From Rhodothermales bacterium (GTDB taxonomy: Bacteria > Bacteroidota > Rhodothermia > Rhodothermales > VXPQ01), in assembly GCA_965232485.1 (NCBI GenBank), contig OZ246975.1, forward strand, positions 936,959 through 1,000,958: DNA of 64,000 nt. Direction: 5' to 3'. Below the pieces are notes generated by a model that searched no databases, had not been told where the DNA came from, and worked only from the letters and a program-made list of their open reading frames with translations. The translations under genes and the position numbers were made by a program. Positions 62,420 to 64,000 of the stretch are shown piece after piece (the stretch's first letter is position 1; each line of letters opens with the position of its first letter).

Positions 62420-63379
62420 ATGTCCGAACGAACTTTCGACGTCGTCAGCCTGGGACGGCTGGCGATCGATCTGTACGCCGACGAGATCGGCGTGGAACTG
62501 TCCCGCGTACGGCATTTCAGCGTCTACGCGGGGGGCTGTCCCGCCAATTTCGCTACCGGCGCGGCCCGCCTCGGCCTGCGCGTAGCCATGGCGTCCCGCA
62601 TCGGCGCGGACGGCCTGAGCGACGGCCTGGTTGAGTTTTTGACGAAGGAGGGCGTCGATACCCGGTATGTCGCGCGCGATCCGGAACGCTTGACCGGGTT
62701 GGCTTTCCTGAGCATCCTGCCCCCGGATACGTTCCCGCTCGTTTACTACCGCCCCGATCCGGCCGACATGCACATGACGCCGGAAGATATTGCCTCGATT
62801 GCTTTCGGGCAGGCCAAGGCGCTTTTCGTCGCCGGGACCCGGTTCAGCGGCGAGCCCGCCCGCAGCGCTGCGCTGGACGCCATGAAACGCGCCCGCGCGG
62901 CAGGCGCCGAAATCATCCTCGATATAGACAAACGCCCCACGCTCTGGGCGGACCTTGACGCTTTCGGCAGCCACCTTCGCAACGCCCTCCCTCTTGTGGA
63001 TATCGCCATCGGGACGGAGGACGAAATCACTGCCGCCGCCGACCGGCCAAGCGTCGAGGAGGCCGTACCCGTGCTGCTCGACCTCGTGCAACGCGCCGTC
63101 GCCGTCAAGCACGGCCAGGACGGTTCGGAAGTGTACGCCAAAGACGGGGGCGTACACAGCGCCGCGCCGTTTTCCGTGGAGGCGCTCAATGTACTTGGCG
63201 CCGGGGACGCCTGGGCCGCCGGATTCGTCTATGCGTATTTACAGGGATGGGCATGGGAAAAATGCGCCCGGTTCGGCAACGCTACCGGAGCGATCGTCGT
63301 GACGCGCCACGCCTGCGCGAACGACATGCCCACGCGCGAAGAAGCCGCTTCCTTTATCGAGGAGCAAGGGGGATTCTGA
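62420..63379 (+). CDS. iolC: PfkB-family sugar kinase, probable 5-dehydro-2-deoxygluconokinase
   Basis: The track start 62372 lies inside iolA; I prefer ATG 62420 (MSERTFDVVSLGRLAIDLY). The C-terminal GAGDAWAAGF PfkB motif is present. Context is iolA upstream and an aldolase downstream. Confidence 0.72.
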   Translation: MSERTFDVVSLGRLAIDLYADEIGVELSRVRHFSVYAGGCPANFATGAARLGLRVAMASRIGADGLSDGLVEFLTKEGVDTRYVARDPERLTGLAFLSILPPDTFPLVYYRPDPADMHMTPEDIASIAFGQAKALFVAGTRFSGEPARSAALDAMKRARAAGAEIILDIDKRPTLWADLDAFGSHLRNALPLVDIAIGTEDEITAAADRPSVEEAVPVLLDLVQRAVAVKHGQDGSEVYAKDGGVHSAAPFSVEALNVLGAGDAWAAGFVYAYLQGWAWEKCARFGNATGAIVVTRHACANDMPTREEAASFIEEQGGF

Positions 63380-64000
63380 TGGGGACAGCACCCATTCGGG
63401 CAGACCGGACAGGCCGGGCAGACCGCAAGGACGAAAGCCCTGAGGACCGGCCCGCGGCGCGCCTTGCGATCGAGCAACATTTGACCCGGTGTGCGGGGGA
63501 GGCGGGTGTGTTTACCGTACTCGCCATCGATCACCGGGCCAATCTTGCAGAGGATATGGCGAAGGCGCGGGGCCGCCCGACAGGCAAGCAAGACATGTTG
63601 GCGTTCAAACGGGCGGCGATCCACGGACTTGCCGGTTCGTACGACGCCGTACTGGCCGATCCGGAGTACGGCTTCCCCGCGCTGGCGGACCCTGCACTAA
63701 CGAACAATTCCGGCAACCCCGAACGCGAATCCGGCCTCCTTGCCCCCCTGGAGGTCACCGACTACAGCGCGCATCCAAGCCGCCGGGAAACGGTATTCAT
63801 CGAAAACTGGGGGGTAGAAGGAATCGTCCGTTCCGGCGGCAACGGCGCAAAACTGTTGCTCTTTTTTCACCCGGAGTCCGCGCGCGCCGCCGCGCAAACG
63901 GAAGGGGTCGACCGGATCGGAGCGGAGTGCCGCGCCCGGGGCCTGCCCTTCTTTCTGGAACCGGTGGCCTGCTCGCTCGACCCCGACCAGCCGCTTTCCA
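63379..64000 (+). CDS. DeoC/LacD-family (DUF2090-like) aldolase, 3'-truncated by window; probable 5-dehydro-2-deoxyphosphogluconate aldolase
   Basis: Not in the ORF track (runs off the window). The ATG at 63379 overlaps the iolC stop (TGATG). I hand-translated 207 codons with no stop. FTVLAIDHRANL and FFLEP resemble tagatose-bisphosphate/IolC-C-terminal aldolases. Confidence 0.55.
   Translation, partial: MGTAPIRADRTGRADRKDESPEDRPAARLAIEQHLTRCAGEAGVFTVLAIDHRANLAEDMAKARGRPTGKQDMLAFKRAAIHGLAGSYDAVLADPEYGFPALADPALTNNSGNPERESGLLAPLEVTDYSAHPSRRETVFIENWGVEGIVRSGGNGAKLLLFFHPESARAAAQTEGVDRIGAECRARGLPFFLEPVACSLDPDQPLS

Overview
GC-rich bacterial chromosomal segment. I saw no rRNA, tRNA or cas genes. 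The protein repertoire (CarboxypepD_reg-type TonB-dependent receptors, T9SS type-A C-terminal sorting domains, PorV/PorQ-like barrels, DUF4249-like lipoproteins) suggests the FCB group, perhaps a high-GC Rhodothermota/Bacteroidota-like genome; this is inference only. Layout: (i) 1-4934 is the end of a minus-strand 'module C', a large TonB receptor plus a secreted acidic-repeat protein that runs off the window and is missing from the ORF track. (ii) 4935-5723 is a junction scar with a transposase C-terminal remnant and short repeats. (iii) 5724-20982 is a plus-strand phosphonate/organophosphate island. It holds PhnW, PhnA and PhnY (2-aminoethylphosphonate -> phosphonoacetaldehyde -> phosphonoacetate -> acetate + Pi), two class-III PLP enzymes, a TIGR03364-like FAD oxidoreductase, three exported phosphoesterases (Tat, lipoprotein, T9SS) and an OPA-family MFS transporter. 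(iv) 21009-59210 is an uninterrupted ~38-kb minus-strand block. It starts with a Tat-exported TIM-barrel protein, a small Tat subunit and a GMC oxidoreductase. It then carries two tandem, diverged copies (module B 24479-42310, module A 42576-59210) of a ~17-kb cassette: giant SusD-less TonB receptor -> T9SS-sorted ~750-aa protein -> PorV-like barrel -> CRTAC1 (FG-GAP + ASPIC/UnbV) and TPR lipoproteins -> second TonB receptor -> DUF4249-like lipoprotein. (v) 59523-64000 holds a Zn-ADH and the start of an inositol-catabolism cluster (iolA, iolC, aldolase). The thrice-represented cassette is my best candidate for an undescribed outer-membrane system. Many long ORF-track entries are antisense shadow frames and were rejected, and several real genes needed shorter starts. 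All family names come from motif recognition by eye; no HMM or BLAST search was run.
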